Below, piece after piece: positions 11,118 to 22,781 of a stretch of DNA of 41,892 nucleotides. The notes under the pieces are model-generated. The model was not told the origin of the DNA and made no database searches. It was given only the letters and a program-made list of their open reading frames with translations. Where the stretch lies: NCBI GenBank assembly GCA_040507665.1, contig JBEVOI010000118.1, forward strand, positions 1 to 41,892, in the 5' to 3' direction. The stretch's first letter is position 1. The number at the start of each line of letters is the position of its first letter. Source of the stretch: Burkholderiales bacterium (GTDB taxonomy: Bacteria > Pseudomonadota > Gammaproteobacteria > Burkholderiales > JAEUMW01). The translations under genes were made by a program, and so were the position numbers.

Positions 11118-12181
11118 TTGCGCTCCAGTTCGTGCAGGCGATTCTCCAGCCTCTTGAGTTTCTTCGCCAATGCATCCATGTGCCGTAGGTGCGACGCGTT
11201 CCGGATCCATTCCCGGTGCTCCTGAAAAGGATAGATCGAGGTGTATGTCCCGGGCCGGACGATCGACTTCATGATTGCCGTGGCAGCGGAGACCGTCACA
11301 TCGTCGCAGATCTGGATGTGGCCCTGGATCATGGCGGCACCTCCGATCCTGCAATTGCGTCCGACTCTGGTGCTGCCCGCTATGCCAACGCAAGCCGCGA
11401 TCGCGGTGTGCGCGCCGATCCGGCAGTTGTGCCCGATCTGGACCTGGTTATCGATCTTGACCCCTTCTTCGACCACTGTGTCGTCGAGGGTCCCCCTGTC
11501 GACAGTGCTGTTGGCGCCGATCTCGACGTCGTCGCCGAGCACCGCTCGACCCACCTGCGGGATCTTCACCCACTTGCCCTCGTCCACAGCGAGACCGAAT
11601 CCATCGGCACCGATCACCGAACCACTGTGGAGAACCACGCGATTCCCGAGTACGCAGCCATGATAGACGACCGCATTGGGATACAGATGGCAGTCGTCGC
11701 CGACCACCGCCCCTTCCCCGACGCGGGCACCGGACTCGATGACCGTACCTGGCCCGATGCGAGCGCCCTCACCCACCCAGGCACCCGCACCGATACTGCT
11801 GGACGGATCGACTCGCGCCGACCGCGCAACCGACGCCGCCGGATCCACGCCAGCGGAATGGGGCGGTGACGGATGCAGCACCGCGCTCACTCGTGCGAAG
11901 TAAGCATAAGGATTGGTGCAGACAATGCGCGGCCGGGAAGTCGCGTCGCGCAACTCAGCGCTCAGGATGACCGCCCCCGCCGCGGTCGAAGCGAGTTGCC
12001 GCGCGTGCTTTGCCGCGCTGATGAACGCGAGGTCACCAGGGCCCGCCCGGTCGAGGGGCACGATGCGGCTGACTTCGGCGTCGGCAGGGCCGATGAGCTC
12101 CCCCCCGAAGCGCGCGACGATCTCCCCCAGCTTCACGCCTTGCCAATCTCCCGATGACCGGGCCACGCGTCCGGGTCCCAT
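11108..12181 (-). CDS. lpxD: UDP-3-O-(3-hydroxyacyl)glucosamine N-acyltransferase
   Basis: N-terminal uridine-binding domain ([15 protein letters not shown]), long hexapeptide-repeat beta-helix and a C-terminal helix. An alternative GTG start lies at 12136. Confidence 0.9.
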   Translation of the reverse strand: MGPGRVARSSGDWQGVKLGEIVARFGGELIGPADAEVSRIVPLDRAGPGDLAFISAAKHARQLASTAAGAVILSAELRDATSRPRIVCTNPYAYFARVSAVLHPSPPHSAGVDPAASVARSARVDPSSSIGAGAWVGEGARIGPGTVIESGARVGEGAVVGDDCHLYPNAVVYHGCVLGNRVVLHSGSVIGADGFGLAVDEGKWVKIPQVGRAVLGDDVEIGANSTVDRGTLDDTVVEEGVKIDNQVQIGHNCRIGAHTAIAACVGIAGSTRVGRNCRIGGAAMIQGHIQICDDVTVSAATAIMKSIVRPGTYTSIYPFQEHREWIRNASHLRHMDALAKKLKRLENRLHELERKCP

Positions 12182-12242
12182 CGGCCCGAAGCGCGAGTCG
12201 GCCCTTTCTCGTGCGGCTTCCGGCCGGCCCGGCGCCCGAGCA

Positions 12243-12743
12243 TTACTTGTCCGCCAGCGCCTTCAGCACCTTGTCCGTAATGTCGATTCGCTTGCTCACG
12301 TACACCGCATCCTGCAGGATCAGATCATACTTTTCCTGCTCGGCGATGCCGTTGATGACCTTGTTGACGCGCTCGAGCACCGCGGACCATTCCTCATTCC
12401 GGCGCAGGTTGTAGTCTTCGCGCAGTTCCCGCTGCATGCGCTGCAAGTCGCGATTGACGCGGTTGATTTCCTGCTCCTTGTTCCGGCGCTCCGCTTCGCT
12501 CAGGGTAACCCCTTCCTTCTCGATCTGTCCCTGAAGATCCCGCGCCTGTTTGGCGATTCTCTGCAGCTCTTGCTCCCGGGTCGCGAATTCCTTCTCGAGC
12601 TTCTTCTGCGCCTTGACCATCGGCCCCGACTCCTGAAGGATCCGGTCCGTGCGTACCACCCCGATCTTGACCTCTTCTGCGAAGCCGGTCTCCGCCCACA
12701 GCGCGCAAGCCGCCAGCGCCGCGACCAGCGTTCTCGTCCCCAT
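12243..12743 (-). CDS. skp: Periplasmic chaperone Skp/OmpH
   Basis: Signal peptide MGTRTLVAALAACALWAETGFA followed by a coiled-coil, Lys/Glu/Gln-rich body. ATG 12743 is preceded by a strong SD (GGGAGGAAGG immediately upstream). Located between bamA and lpxD, the usual position. Confidence 0.88.
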   Translation of the reverse strand: MGTRTLVAALAACALWAETGFAEEVKIGVVRTDRILQESGPMVKAQKKLEKEFATREQELQRIAKQARDLQGQIEKEGVTLSEAERRNKEQEINRVNRDLQRMQRELREDYNLRRNEEWSAVLERVNKVINGIAEQEKYDLILQDAVYVSKRIDITDKVLKALADK

Positions 12744-12820
12744 CCTTCCTCCCGATCTGATCCTTTCGGTCATCATCCCTGCCTCCGTGCCGGGACCGTG
12801 CGCGGCCCCGCGACGAGTCC

Positions 12821-15094
12821 TCAGAACTGCGTGCCGAACGTGAACTGAAAAATCTCGGTCTTGTCCGTGGACTGCGGGTTCAGCGCCTTCGCCACGTACG
12901 CCTTCAGCGGCCCGAATGGCGAGTACCAATTCACCCCGATGCCAGCGGCGTAACGCATCTCTTGCAACAGATCCCACTGGTTCGACACGGTGCCGGCGTC
13001 GGCAAACGCTATCATGCGGATCGACTTGTCCTTGCCCATCCCGGGCATGGGAAAAAGCAGCTCCGCGTTGAACACGACCCGCTTGTCGGCGCCAAGCGCA
13101 TCACCATTCAAATCCTTCGGGCCGATGGTACCGGTGCGGTAGCCGCGCACGGAACTCACGCCACCGACGAAAAAATTCTTGAAGAACGGCAGCGACTGGT
13201 CGTCGTAGCCCCCCGCGACCCCGAGCTCGCCGTTGATGAAGCCGACCCAGCGCTCGGTGAAGGGGTAATAGTACTGCTGCTGGATCGAGGTCTTGTAGTA
13301 GGTGAGGTCTCCGATCGGCAGCGCCAATTCGGCGGTCGCGCGTGTGAGTCCGCCGCTGGTTGGCCAGATCACGCTGTCGCGCCGGTCGCGGGTCCAGTTG
13401 GCGGTGAGGTTCACCGAGCTGTTGTTCGGACCAAACTCGTTCACGTATTGCCTGAACCGCAGCGGACTGTTGTCGAAGAGGCCGATCTGGATGTACTCGA
13501 AACCTAGACCAAGGTTCAGGAAATCGGTCTCGGCGAGCGGGAATCCGAGCCGGACGGCGGCTCCGCTCGTGGTGTTGGTGTATGGCGCCACACCGCTCAG
13601 GTTCGAGGTATTCGTCTTCCGCCGGTAGATGTCGAACCCGGCGGCCACTCCGTCCTGGGTCCAGTAGGGATGGGTAAACGAGAGCGAGGCGATGGAGTTG
13701 ACCCTGCCGCCGTTCACCTGCAGCGACAGTGCGTTGCCAGAGCCAAAGATATTGTTCTGGGAGACCGATGCAGAAAGAATGACTTTGTCCGCGCTCGAGA
13801 ATCCCGCTCCGAACAGCACGCTGCCGGTCGGTCGCTCGACGACCGCCATGTTCACGTCGACCTGATCGGTCGTGCCTTGCACCGACGGTGTCTCGACGTT
13901 CACCTCGCTGAAGTAGCCGAGCTTGTCGACACGCTGTTTCGACCGCTGGATCTTTCGGGAGTCGTACCACCCCGCCTCCATCTGCCGCATCTCGCGCCGG
14001 ATGACTTCGTCCCTGGTGCGCGTGTTGCCTGAAATATTGATGCGCCGGATGTAGACGCGCCGGCCCGGATCGACGAAGAATACAAAGCTGACCGTGTCGG
14101 CCTCCCTGTTGAGCTCTGGCGCCGCGTTGACGTTCGCGAACGCGTAGCCTTCGTTGCCGAGGCGGTCGCTGATTGCCTTTGTCGACTCCGTGAGCAACTC
14201 TCGAGAGAATACCTCTCCCGGCTTGAGCTTGATGAGCGGCTGCAGCGCAGCTTCGGGCACTACGAGGTCCCCGGCGAGCTTGATGTCCGCCACCCGGAAC
14301 TGCGGCCCCTCGCTGATGTTGATGGTGATGTAAATGTCCTTCTTGTCGGGCGTAATCGACACCTGGGTGGATTCGATGGTGAACTCGAGGTAGCCGCGAT
14401 TGAGGTAGTAGGAGCGCAGTGTTTCGAGGTCGCCCCCGAGCTTCTGTTTCGAATACTGGTCGTTCTTGTTGAACCAGGTCAGCCAACCCGGAGTGGTGAG
14501 GTTGAGCTGGCTCAGCAATTCCTTTTCGGTGAATGCCTTGTTGCCGACGATATTGATGCTGCGGATCTTGGCGACATCGCCCTCGTTGATGTTGAAGGTG
14601 ATCGCGACGCGGTTACGCTCCAGCGGTGTGACCGTGGTCGTAATCTGCACACCGTACTTGCCCTTGCTGATGTACTGGCGCTTGAGTTCCTGCTCCGCCT
14701 TCTCGAGCAGGGCGCGGTCGTAGATGCGTGAGTCCGCGAGCCCGATCTGTCGCAGGCCCTTCTTGAGGGCATCCTTGTCGAATTCCTTGTTGCCGGTGAT
14801 GTCGATCTGGGCGATCGCGGGGCGCTCCTCGACCATCACAATGAGCACATCGCCTTCAACCTCGAGGCGGACGTCCTTGAAGAAGCCAGTCGCGTAGAGC
14901 GAACGGATCGCCGCGGCGGCCGTCTCTTCGGTCATGGTCTCGCCAACTTTGACCGGCAGGTAGGTGAAAACCGTCCCCGCCTCCGTGCGCTGAATGCCCT
15001 CGACGCGGATATCGCGCACCACGAAGGGCTCGAAGGCGGTGGCGTGGGGGGCATAAAGGGAGAACAGGAGGGCCGCGAGCAGCGCGTTCTTCAT
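12821..15094 (-). CDS. bamA: Outer membrane protein assembly factor BamA
   Basis: 757 aa. Signal peptide [25 protein letters not shown] repeats ([13 protein letters not shown]...), a C-terminal beta-barrel and a terminal Phe (...FTFGTQF). Confidence 0.95.
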   Translation of the reverse strand: MKNALLAALLFSLYAPHATAFEPFVVRDIRVEGIQRTEAGTVFTYLPVKVGETMTEETAAAAIRSLYATGFFKDVRLEVEGDVLIVMVEERPAIAQIDITGNKEFDKDALKKGLRQIGLADSRIYDRALLEKAEQELKRQYISKGKYGVQITTTVTPLERNRVAITFNINEGDVAKIRSINIVGNKAFTEKELLSQLNLTTPGWLTWFNKNDQYSKQKLGGDLETLRSYYLNRGYLEFTIESTQVSITPDKKDIYITINISEGPQFRVADIKLAGDLVVPEAALQPLIKLKPGEVFSRELLTESTKAISDRLGNEGYAFANVNAAPELNREADTVSFVFFVDPGRRVYIRRINISGNTRTRDEVIRREMRQMEAGWYDSRKIQRSKQRVDKLGYFSEVNVETPSVQGTTDQVDVNMAVVERPTGSVLFGAGFSSADKVILSASVSQNNIFGSGNALSLQVNGGRVNSIASLSFTHPYWTQDGVAAGFDIYRRKTNTSNLSGVAPYTNTTSGAAVRLGFPLAETDFLNLGLGFEYIQIGLFDNSPLRFRQYVNEFGPNNSSVNLTANWTRDRRDSVIWPTSGGLTRATAELALPIGDLTYYKTSIQQQYYYPFTERWVGFINGELGVAGGYDDQSLPFFKNFFVGGVSSVRGYRTGTIGPKDLNGDALGADKRVVFNAELLFPMPGMGKDKSIRMIAFADAGTVSNQWDLLQEMRYAAGIGVNWYSPFGPLKAYVAKALNPQSTDKTEIFQFTFGTQF

Positions 15095-15100
15095 CCCGGA

Positions 15101-16471
15101 TCAGCCGCCGAGGAGGCGGGTTATATCGTTGTAGATGGCGAAAGCCATCAGCGTGAACAACAGGGCGATGCCGACATGCTGCCCTATTTCCAGCGCTCGT
15201 TCCGAAACGGGCCTGCCCTTGATTATTTCGGCCATATAATACATCAAGTGTCCACCGTCCAATAACGGGATCGGCAGCAGATTCAGCACTCCGAGGCTGA
15301 CACTCACCAATGCGAGAAAGCTCAGGTAGGCGACCCATCCCAGCTGCGCCGACTGCCCTGCGTAGTCTGCGATCGTGAGAGGTCCGCTCAGGTTTTTGAG
15401 CGAGACTTCGCCAATGATCATTTTCCCCATCATCTTCAGGCTGAAGACCGACATCTCCCAGGTTCTACCCACAGCCCGGAGAAATCCGTCCACAAACCCG
15501 TAGCGCACTTCGGTGCGGAACCGCTCCATCTCGCGTGGGTCGATGAGCGGCGCGACACCGATCCTGCCCACACGCTTGCCGTTCTCGTTCACCGCATCGG
15601 GCGTAACGGTCAATAACTCTTCAACGCCGCCGGCGGCGCGCCGCACTTCAAGCTTGAGGGGCGCATCCGGGGACTGCCCTATCGCGCGTACCACGTCTTC
15701 CCAGTGTTCGACAGGATCGCCGTTGATGGCAATGATCTCGTCGCCTGCACTCAGGCCCGCCTGCTCTGCGGGCCGGCCAGGCATCACCTGACCTACCTTT
15801 GGCGCGAGGGTCGGCTGGAACCGATTCAGGCCGATCTTCTCGATGAACTCCCCATCGAGATCATCGGGGCCGAGGCCCGTGAGGTCCAGGGGGCGGAACG
15901 CGATCTCACCGCGCTCGTTCATGGTCTCGACCTTGACGGCACCCCGCGACACGCCGGCATTGAGCAGTGCGAGACGGGCATCCTGCCAGGTCTTCACGGA
16001 TTCCCCATCGACCCGCACGATGGTATCGCCACTCGTGAATCCGGCCATGGAGGCTGGCGTGCCTTTGGCAGGCGGACCGATCACCGGCTTCAAACCCGGT
16101 ACCCCCATCACGAACAGGAACCAGTAAAGCGCGATCGCCAGCAGGAAGTTCGCAACCGGACCCGCCGCAACGATCAGGAAGCGTCTGTGGACGGGCTGAC
16201 GATTGAAGGCCCGATGCGCCTCCGAAGGCGCAACCGGACCTTCGCGCTCGTCCAGCATCTTAACGTAGCCTCCGAAGGGAAAGCCCCCGAGGGCCCATTC
16301 GGTCTGATCCGGTCCTTTGCGCCGGGACACGATTGGGCGGCCGAAGCCGACCGAAAAGCGCAATACCTTCACGTTGAAGAGGCGCGCAACGAGGTAATGG
16401 CCGTATTCGTGGAACACGATGAGCAGGCAGAGGGCGACGACGAATGCGGCGATCGTGGTGAGTACACTCAT
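15101..16471 (-). CDS. rseP: RIP zinc metalloprotease RseP (site-2 protease)
   Basis: HEYGHYLVAR (HExxH) in TM1, two PDZ-like regions, and a C-terminal NLLPIPLLDGGH motif. Confidence 0.94.
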   Translation of the reverse strand: MSVLTTIAAFVVALCLLIVFHEYGHYLVARLFNVKVLRFSVGFGRPIVSRRKGPDQTEWALGGFPFGGYVKMLDEREGPVAPSEAHRAFNRQPVHRRFLIVAAGPVANFLLAIALYWFLFVMGVPGLKPVIGPPAKGTPASMAGFTSGDTIVRVDGESVKTWQDARLALLNAGVSRGAVKVETMNERGEIAFRPLDLTGLGPDDLDGEFIEKIGLNRFQPTLAPKVGQVMPGRPAEQAGLSAGDEIIAINGDPVEHWEDVVRAIGQSPDAPLKLEVRRAAGGVEELLTVTPDAVNENGKRVGRIGVAPLIDPREMERFRTEVRYGFVDGFLRAVGRTWEMSVFSLKMMGKMIIGEVSLKNLSGPLTIADYAGQSAQLGWVAYLSFLALVSVSLGVLNLLPIPLLDGGHLMYYMAEIIKGRPVSERALEIGQHVGIALLFTLMAFAIYNDITRLLGG

Positions 16472-16534
16472 GGTTTCACCTCTGGACTGATGCTTACGTG
16501 GTCGTTAGGCTGCATGCCCGGGTCGGCCGTTCCG

Positions 16535-17722
16535 TCAAGCGGCAGCCTTCAACAGTGCCGACGCGGTGGCGCGCGCGCGCCGGTCGGCGTCGAAAACGTC
16601 CTCGATCGATGTCGCTTCCTGTCCGGCAACACGCGCGAGCACCGCCTCAATGACGCCGGGGATGTCGACAAACGCGAGATCGTCGTCCAGGAAGCGGGCT
16701 ACCGCAACTTCGTTCGCGGCGTTCAGGATCGCGGGCGCGGTCCCGCCCGCGCGGAGCGCTTCGTACCCGAGGCGCAGGCACGGAAAACGATCGAGGTCCG
16801 GCGCCTCGAAGGTCAGACTGCCGACCTGTACCAGATCGAGCCCCGTTACCCCTGCCTCGATCCGCTCCGGATACGCGAGCGCATGCGCAATCGGCGTACG
16901 CATGTCCGGGTTGCCGAGCTGCGCGATTACCGACCCGTCCACGTACTCCACGAGCGAGTGGACGACGCTCTGGGGATGCACCACCACCTGGATCCGCTCC
17001 GGCGGCGCGCCGAACAGCCAGTGCGCCTCGATTACCTCGAGCCCTTTGTTCATCAGGGTGGCGGAGTCCACGGAAATCTTCCGTCCCATGACCCAGTTGG
17101 GATGCGAGCACGCCTCGGAGGGGGTTACCGCTGCCATCTGCTCGGGCCTTGCAGACCGGAACGGACCGCCGGACGCGGTGAGCAGAATGCGCCGAACGCC
17201 CACAGCGTCGAGGTCGCCGCGAAAATCCCGGGGTAACGCTTGGAAGATCGCGTTGTGTTCGCTGTCAATCGGCAGCAACACCGCGCCGTTGCGCCGCACT
17301 GCGTCAATGAAGAGCGGCCCCGCCATGACCAGCGCTTCCTTGTTCGCGAGCATCACTTTTTTTCCCGATTCCGCGGCGGCGAGGCTTGCTCGCAGACCTG
17401 CGGCACCCACGATCGCCGCCATTACGCTGTCTACCTCAGGCAACCGTGCGATCTCTTCCAGCGACGCGGCGCCGGCGAGCACTTTCGTCTCTACGCCAGC
17501 GTCACGCACGCGGTCGCGCAGAGCCGCGGCAGCGGCGCCATCCACCAGAACCGCATACCGAGGCTGAAAGCGACTGCACTGCTCGAAGAGCCGGTCCACG
17601 TTGCTATGGGCGGAGAGTGCGACAACCCGGAAACGGTCGGGATGGCGGGCGACAACATCGAGGGTATTGACGCCGATGCTGCCGGTCGATCCGAGGATGG
17701 TGAGGGATTGGAGAGGGCGCAT
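16535..17722 (-). CDS. dxr: 1-deoxy-D-xylulose 5-phosphate reductoisomerase
   Basis: [23 protein letters not shown] (NADPH-binding GSTGSIG). The start ATG 17722 lies 4 nt after the cdsA stop. Confidence 0.94.
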   Translation of the reverse strand: MRPLQSLTILGSTGSIGVNTLDVVARHPDRFRVVALSAHSNVDRLFEQCSRFQPRYAVLVDGAAAAALRDRVRDAGVETKVLAGAASLEEIARLPEVDSVMAAIVGAAGLRASLAAAESGKKVMLANKEALVMAGPLFIDAVRRNGAVLLPIDSEHNAIFQALPRDFRGDLDAVGVRRILLTASGGPFRSARPEQMAAVTPSEACSHPNWVMGRKISVDSATLMNKGLEVIEAHWLFGAPPERIQVVVHPQSVVHSLVEYVDGSVIAQLGNPDMRTPIAHALAYPERIEAGVTGLDLVQVGSLTFEAPDLDRFPCLRLGYEALRAGGTAPAILNAANEVAVARFLDDDLAFVDIPGVIEAVLARVAGQEATSIEDVFDADRRARATASALLKAAA

Positions 17723-17726
17723 CGGT

Positions 17727-18536
17727 CTAGCGTCCGAGAAGGATCCACAGGGCCGCAAGCGGGACGGCTGCCGTCAGCGCGTCGATACGGTCGAGCACGC
17801 CACCATGTCCGGGCAACAGCGTTCCGCTGTCCTTCACTCCCGCCTGACGCTTCATCCACGATTCGAACAAATCACCAACGATGCCGAGGGCAGTCATGGA
17901 TGCCAGGAGCAGGTACAGCGCAATGCCGCGTAGGCCCGCTTCGTCCGGGGTCAGTACCCGCTGCAGAAACAGCCCGTACATTAGCACGGCTGCAAAGGCC
18001 CCGCCTACGCCCTCCCAAGTCTTGCCCGGGCTAATCGCCGGCGCGAGCTTGCGGCGCCCGTAGCGCCGTCCGACGAAATAGGCGGCGCTATCGGCGATCC
18101 AGACCACCAAGAGGAAGGCCAACAGCTGCGCGGGACTGCGATGGAGAACGACGGCCCCATACCAACAGGGCACGAGCAGCAGCCAACCCACGCCGGCCAG
18201 CGCCGTTGGGGCCCGCACGTGCCACGCGCGCAGGAGCCAGATCGGAGCAACCGTGCACCAGAACACTGCCGCGAGGGACAGGGCAATCACGCCCGCCGCC
18301 GGTTCAGTGGCAGCTCCTGCACCCGCAAAAAGCAGCGCGACACAGCTTGCGACGACCACCGCTACAAATATGGCGTGACCGGTGCGCGAGAAACCCGCGA
18401 GCGCGCCCCACTCCCAAGCGCCGAGCGCGATCGGCAAGAGGATCAAGACACCCCAGGCGAAGGTGGAAAGAAGAAAATTTGCTGCCAGGAAGAGCGCGAG
18501 CAGCGCCGCCGCGGTGGCGATTCGCTGCTTCAGCAT
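17727..18536 (-). CDS. cdsA: Phosphatidate cytidylyltransferase
   Basis: Polytopic membrane protein with the C-terminal CDS signature [29 protein letters not shown]. Confidence 0.92.
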   Translation of the reverse strand: MLKQRIATAAALLALFLAANFLLSTFAWGVLILLPIALGAWEWGALAGFSRTGHAIFVAVVVASCVALLFAGAGAATEPAAGVIALSLAAVFWCTVAPIWLLRAWHVRAPTALAGVGWLLLVPCWYGAVVLHRSPAQLLAFLLVVWIADSAAYFVGRRYGRRKLAPAISPGKTWEGVGGAFAAVLMYGLFLQRVLTPDEAGLRGIALYLLLASMTALGIVGDLFESWMKRQAGVKDSGTLLPGHGGVLDRIDALTAAVPLAALWILLGR

Positions 18537-18578
18537 GACGTCGTGGGGCGACCGGGGCGCAGGATGCCCGACCGCCGA

Positions 18579-19367
18579 CTAGCCGAGCCTGGTGAGAGGA
18601 AGCGGCGACTCCGTGCCCTCGGTCAGTTGCTCGCTGGTGCGGCCAAAGCGGCGCTCGCGGGTACGGTAAGAGGCGACCGCGCGATCAAGGGCGGCACGGC
18701 CGAAGTCTGGCCAGAGGGTGTCCGTAAAGTAGAGCTCGGTGTAAGCGAGCTGCCAAACGAGGAAGTTGCTGATGCGCTTCTCGCCGCCGGTGCGGATGAA
18801 AAGATCAGGCTCCGGGGCATAGCTCATCGCCAGGTAGGGGCTCAGGTCGGCCTCGGTGAAGCCTCCGTCGGCGAGCTCGGGATGGTCGGCCAGCATGCGC
18901 TTCATGGCCTGAAGAATGTCCCAGCGACCGCCGTAGTTCGCTGCCACGGTGAGGGTAAGGCGCTCGTTCCCTGCTGTCAGCGCCTCCGCATCCGCGATCA
19001 AATGGCGAAGCCGCGGCTCGAAGCGGGAGCGTTCGCCGATTACCCGGAAACAGATTCCATTCTCGTGGAGTTTTGCCACCTCTTGCTCCAGCGAGCGCAC
19101 GAAGAGTTGCATCAGCACCGACACCTCGTCCGCAGGGCGGCGCCAGTTCTCACTGCTGAACGCGAACAGGGTGAGATACTTCACGCCGAGCTCGGCGCAA
19201 CCCTTCACCGTCGCGCGCACCGATTCCACCCCACGTCGGTGTCCGGCTACGCGTGGAAGGAATCGGTTTTTCGCCCAGCGCCCGTTGCCGTCCATGATGA
19301 CGCCAATGTGTCGCGGGACGTGCCCCACATCGGGGATGGAAAGCGTCGAGCTCGGATGCCGTGGCAA
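18579..19367 (-). CDS. uppS: Undecaprenyl (di-trans,poly-cis-decaprenyl-cis) diphosphate synthase
   Basis: Contains [13 protein letters not shown] and the RRFG C-terminal motif. No ATG lies between the frr stop and the catalytic motif. I propose the TTG at 19367, 2 nt after the frr stop; GTG 19328 is an alternative. Confidence 0.85.
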   Translation of the reverse strand: MPRHPSSTLSIPDVGHVPRHIGVIMDGNGRWAKNRFLPRVAGHRRGVESVRATVKGCAELGVKYLTLFAFSSENWRRPADEVSVLMQLFVRSLEQEVAKLHENGICFRVIGERSRFEPRLRHLIADAEALTAGNERLTLTVAANYGGRWDILQAMKRMLADHPELADGGFTEADLSPYLAMSYAPEPDLFIRTGGEKRISNFLVWQLAYTELYFTDTLWPDFGRAALDRAVASYRTRERRFGRTSEQLTEGTESPLPLTRLG

Positions 19368-19368
19368 G

Positions 19369-19926
19369 TCACACCGCCATGAGGTCGGCCTCTTTCGCCT
19401 GTAAGGCCTTGTCGGCCTCGGCGATGAAGCGATCCGTGAGTTTCTGGATGTCCTCCTGAGCGCGCCGCTCTTCATCCTCGGAGATGCTCTTGCTCTTGAG
19501 CAGATCCTTCAGATGCGCAATAGCGTCGCGCCGGACATTGCGAACCGCGACACGCGCGTTCTCGGCCTCATGCCGAACGACCTTGATCAGGTCGCGGCGG
19601 CGTTCCTCCGTCAGGGCAGGCATGGGAACGCGCACAAGATCTCCCACCGTGGCCGGATTCAGGCCGAGGTCCGAATCGCGGATCGCCTTTTCGATCGCGG
19701 ACGCCATCTTCTTCTCCCACGGGGAGACGCCAATGGTGCGGGCATCGATCAGGGTGACATTCGCTACCTGGCTGATGGACGTGGGATTGCCGTAGTAGTC
19801 GACCATGACGTGGTCAAGAAGGCCCGTGTGAGCGCGCCCCGTGCGCACCTTTCCGAGGTCCGCTCTCAGGGACTCCAGGGTTTTGCTCATCTTGTGCTCG
19901 GCGCTTTTCTTGACGTCGGCGAACAT
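19369..19926 (-). CDS. frr: Ribosome recycling factor
   Basis: 185 aa. [46 protein letters not shown] is colinear with enterobacterial Frr. Confidence 0.95.
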   Translation of the reverse strand: MFADVKKSAEHKMSKTLESLRADLGKVRTGRAHTGLLDHVMVDYYGNPTSISQVANVTLIDARTIGVSPWEKKMASAIEKAIRDSDLGLNPATVGDLVRVPMPALTEERRRDLIKVVRHEAENARVAVRNVRRDAIAHLKDLLKSKSISEDEERRAQEDIQKLTDRFIAEADKALQAKEADLMAV

Positions 19927-19949
19927 CGATCGATTCTCGGAAGATGGCC

Positions 19950-20690
19950 TTAAGAGCGCACCATCGTGCCCTCGTCGAGGCCCTGCACGACCCGCTTAAG
20001 GGCGGCGGGCTTGAAGATGTTGAACACGTTGATGGGAAGCTGCTGGTCGCGGCACAGGGTAAGCGCCGTTGCGTCCATCACCTTCAGATTGCGGATGATA
20101 GCCTCGTCAAACGTGAGCCGATGGTAGCGCTGGGCAGCGGGGTTCGTTTTCGGGTCCTCGGTATAGACACCGTCCACCTTTGTCGCCTTGATGACAAGCT
20201 GCACGTTCATTTCCATTCCGCGCAACGCGGCCGCCGTGTCCGTAGTGAAAAAGGGGTTGCCGGTGCCGGCGGCGAAGATCACCACCTTACCTTCCTCCAG
20301 ATAGCGCATCGCCTTGCCGCGGATGTACGGTTCGGCAACTTGCTCGATCTTGAGAGCCGACTGCACCCGACTCACGAGACCGATCCGGCGCATGGCATCC
20401 TGAAGCGCCAGCGCATTCATCACGGTCGCGAGCATGCCAATGTAGTCGGCGGTCGCTCGATCCATGCCGGCCGCAGCTGGCGCCACTCCGCGGAAGATAT
20501 TGCCGCCGCCGATCACCACGGCCAGTTCGACACCCATCTGCACCACTTCCGCGATTTCCGAGACGATACGCTCCAGGGTTTCACGGTTGATGCCGTAGCG
20601 ATCCTCCCCCATCAGCGCCTCGCCGCTCAGCTTGAGCAGGACGCGCTTGTAGGCGGGGGCGGGCAGGGTGGCGGCGACGGGGGTGATCAT
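19950..20690 (-). CDS. pyrH: UMP kinase
   Basis: Contains [15 protein letters not shown] and [10 protein letters not shown], typical of the amino-acid kinase family. Confidence 0.94.
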   Translation of the reverse strand: MITPVAATLPAPAYKRVLLKLSGEALMGEDRYGINRETLERIVSEIAEVVQMGVELAVVIGGGNIFRGVAPAAAGMDRATADYIGMLATVMNALALQDAMRRIGLVSRVQSALKIEQVAEPYIRGKAMRYLEEGKVVIFAAGTGNPFFTTDTAAALRGMEMNVQLVIKATKVDGVYTEDPKTNPAAQRYHRLTFDEAIIRNLKVMDATALTLCRDQQLPINVFNIFKPAALKRVVQGLDEGTMVRS

Positions 20691-20706
20691 CGGGGCGACG
20701 GCACGC

Positions 20707-21588
20707 TTATTTCATGCCCGCCGCGGCTCTTACCTCCTGGGCAAAGTCGGCAGTCTTCTTTTCGATGCCTTCACCAACCACGAAAAGCGCGAACTGATTG
20801 ACGTTCGCTCCCCTGGATGCGAGCAGCTTTTCAACCGTGGTATCCGGATCCTTGACGAATGGCTGCCCGAGCAGCGTCACCTCCGCCAGGTATTTGACGA
20901 TGCGGCCCTCGACCATTTTCTCGATGATGTTGGCGGGCTTGCCGCTCTCTGCAGCCTGGGCCGCGTAAATCTCACGCTCCTTGGCGAGCAGGTCCGCGGA
21001 AACCTGGTCCTTCGAAACCGACACCGGCTTGCTGGCTGCGATGTGCATGGCGATGTCCTTCCCCACTTGCTCGTCGCCGCCTACATAGTCCACAAGCACA
21101 CCGATACGGTTGCCGTGCAAGTAGAACGCCAGCATTCCGGCTGGCGTCGCGAAGCGTGCGAAGCGGCGCAGGCTGATGTTCTCCCCGATCTTCTGCACCA
21201 GTGCCTGGCGGATCGCCTCGACCGTCGATCCCTCGAGTGCGAGCCCGGCAAGCGCGGCCACATCGGAGGGATTCTTCTCGGCAACGAGCTGGGCGAGCTT
21301 GTTTGCGAAGCCGCGGAAGTCGTCATTCTTGGCGACAAAATCGGTCTCGCAATTCACTTCGACCAGCGCGCCAAGCCTCGCGCCCGGGGCGATCCACGCC
21401 CCAACGATGCCCTCCGCCGCTACGCGGCCCGCCGCCTTGCTTGCTTTGGCTCCGCTCTTGATCCGCAGCAGATCGGCTGCGGCCCTCATGTCCCCCCCGG
21501 CCTCCTCTAGAGCCTTCTTGCACTCCATCATGCCGAGACCGGTCGCCTCGCGCAGCTCCTTCACCATGGTCGCGGTGATATCCGCCAT
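20707..21588 (-). CDS. tsf: Translation elongation factor Ts
   Basis: [37 protein letters not shown] 21588 is preceded by GGAGAG. The track ORF is over-extended to 21792. Confidence 0.95.
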   Translation of the reverse strand: MADITATMVKELREATGLGMMECKKALEEAGGDMRAAADLLRIKSGAKASKAAGRVAAEGIVGAWIAPGARLGALVEVNCETDFVAKNDDFRGFANKLAQLVAEKNPSDVAALAGLALEGSTVEAIRQALVQKIGENISLRRFARFATPAGMLAFYLHGNRIGVLVDYVGGDEQVGKDIAMHIAASKPVSVSKDQVSADLLAKEREIYAAQAAESGKPANIIEKMVEGRIVKYLAEVTLLGQPFVKDPDTTVEKLLASRGANVNQFALFVVGEGIEKKTADFAQEVRAAAGMK

Positions 21589-21605
21589 GAATGCTCTCCA
21601 TTGCG

Positions 21606-21626
21606 GCGCGCAGATGCGCAGCGCGC
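21606..21626 (-). promoter_or_regulatory. GC hairpin in the rpsB-tsf intergenic spacer (possible attenuator or processing structure)
   Basis: GCGCGC-9 nt-GCGCGC is a perfect 6-bp GC stem between the rpsB stop (21656) and the tsf start (21588). There is no U tract. Confidence 0.3.
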
Positions 21627-21655
21627 TTGTTGTCAAATGCGAAGGGATGCCCCCA

Positions 21656-22411
21656 CTACTCCGCTGCCGGGATGTCCTCTTGCTCGGCCTCGTCCAGCTC
21701 GACGAACTCATCGCTGACGATCTCGCGGATGATCTGGCTGCGACCCTCGAGAATCGCATCGGCCACGCCGCGCGCATACAGGCGGATCGCACGGCTGGAG
21801 TCGTCGTTGCCTGGAATCACGTAATCAATGCCCTCGATCGAGTTGTTCGTGTCCACCACCCCGATGACTGTGATGCCGAGCTTCTTAGCTTCGTGCACTG
21901 CACCCTTCTGATAGCCTACGTCGATGATGAAGACGGCATCGGGCAACGCCTCCATATCCTTGATGCCACCCATGCTCTTGAGGAGCTTCTCGATCTCGCG
22001 CTGAAAGAAGAGCGCCTCCTTTTTGGACATGCGCTCCACCGAGCCATCAGCAATCATCGCCTCCATCTCGCGCAGGCGCTTCGTGGATTGCTTCACCGTC
22101 TTGAAGTTGGTGAGCATGCCGCCCAACCAGCGCTGATCGACGTAAGGGGAGTTGCAGCGCAGCGCCTCCTCGCGCACGATCTCGCGCGCCTGGCGCTTGG
22201 TCCCCACGAATAGAATCGTTCCCTTGTTGGAAACGAGCTGACGCGCGAACTTCAGCGCATCCTGGTACATCGCCAGAGATTTTTCGAGATTGATGATGTG
22301 GATCTTGTTGCGCTGGCCGAAGATGAAGGGAGCCATCTTCGGATTCCAAAAGCGGGTCTGGTGCCCGAAATGGACCCCCGCCTCCAGCATCTGGCGCATT
22401 GTGACTGACAT
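21656..22411 (-). CDS. rpsB: 30S ribosomal protein S2
   Basis: [26 protein letters not shown]...; 251 aa with an acidic C-terminal tail. Confidence 0.96.
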   Translation of the reverse strand: MSVTMRQMLEAGVHFGHQTRFWNPKMAPFIFGQRNKIHIINLEKSLAMYQDALKFARQLVSNKGTILFVGTKRQAREIVREEALRCNSPYVDQRWLGGMLTNFKTVKQSTKRLREMEAMIADGSVERMSKKEALFFQREIEKLLKSMGGIKDMEALPDAVFIIDVGYQKGAVHEAKKLGITVIGVVDTNNSIEGIDYVIPGNDDSSRAIRLYARGVADAILEGRSQIIREIVSDEFVELDEAEQEDIPAAE

Positions 22412-22626
22412 GGTCGTTTGACTCCGTCGCTAGGGTTGGACCGCCACCTGCCCCACCGGAGTACGGTCCCGCGACCGTCCACCAGCCACCCGCGGCACGC
22501 CGCCGGGCACCCTTGACGTTGCTCGCGGCTAACCGCGGAGCATACCGACTCGGGCAGGTGTGAGAATTTGCCGGACACCGAAGATAGAAGATGTTTTCCT
22601 GTCCTCGCCGGCCAAAATTAACCGGG

Positions 22627-22656
22627 AATTATACGCAGCATTCGCAAGCCGGTTCA
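22627..22656 (-). promoter_or_regulatory. Near-consensus sigma70 promoter for rpsB (TTGAAC-N18-TATAAT)
   Basis: On the minus strand, -35 TTGAAC is complement of 22651..22656 and -10 TATAAT is complement of 22627..22632, with an 18-nt spacer. It lies about 215 nt upstream of the rpsB ATG. Confidence 0.55.
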
Positions 22657-22781
22657 AGGTTTGAATGGATGCCTAACGACAGCAAGATAGACGGCCGCGC
22701 ACCCGAAAGGCCGCGGCGTCGCCCCGGCTGTCCGGTAAAATGACTGCTCGACGGACTTGACCCCAGCAACCCGAACCCTCC

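Noticed and set aside
15704-17236. 510-aa plus-strand ORF opposite rseP and dxr. Similar long shadow ORFs lie at 2538..3677, 9754..10848, 13101..14486, 18141..19382, 24786..25967, 6937..7899 and 37791..38651
   Set aside because: All are antisense or alternate-frame to strongly supported genes. They are Arg/His/Pro/Gly-rich, lack motifs and lack start context. I treat them as GC-driven open frames, not genes.
22689-22719. Hairpin GACG(G)CCGCG-12 nt-CGCGGCGTC upstream of map, considered as a REP element or terminator
   Set aside because: It is a single copy in the window with no repeat partner and no U tract on either strand. It lies between divergent promoters where no upstream transcript needs terminating. 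It is noted only as possible secondary structure.
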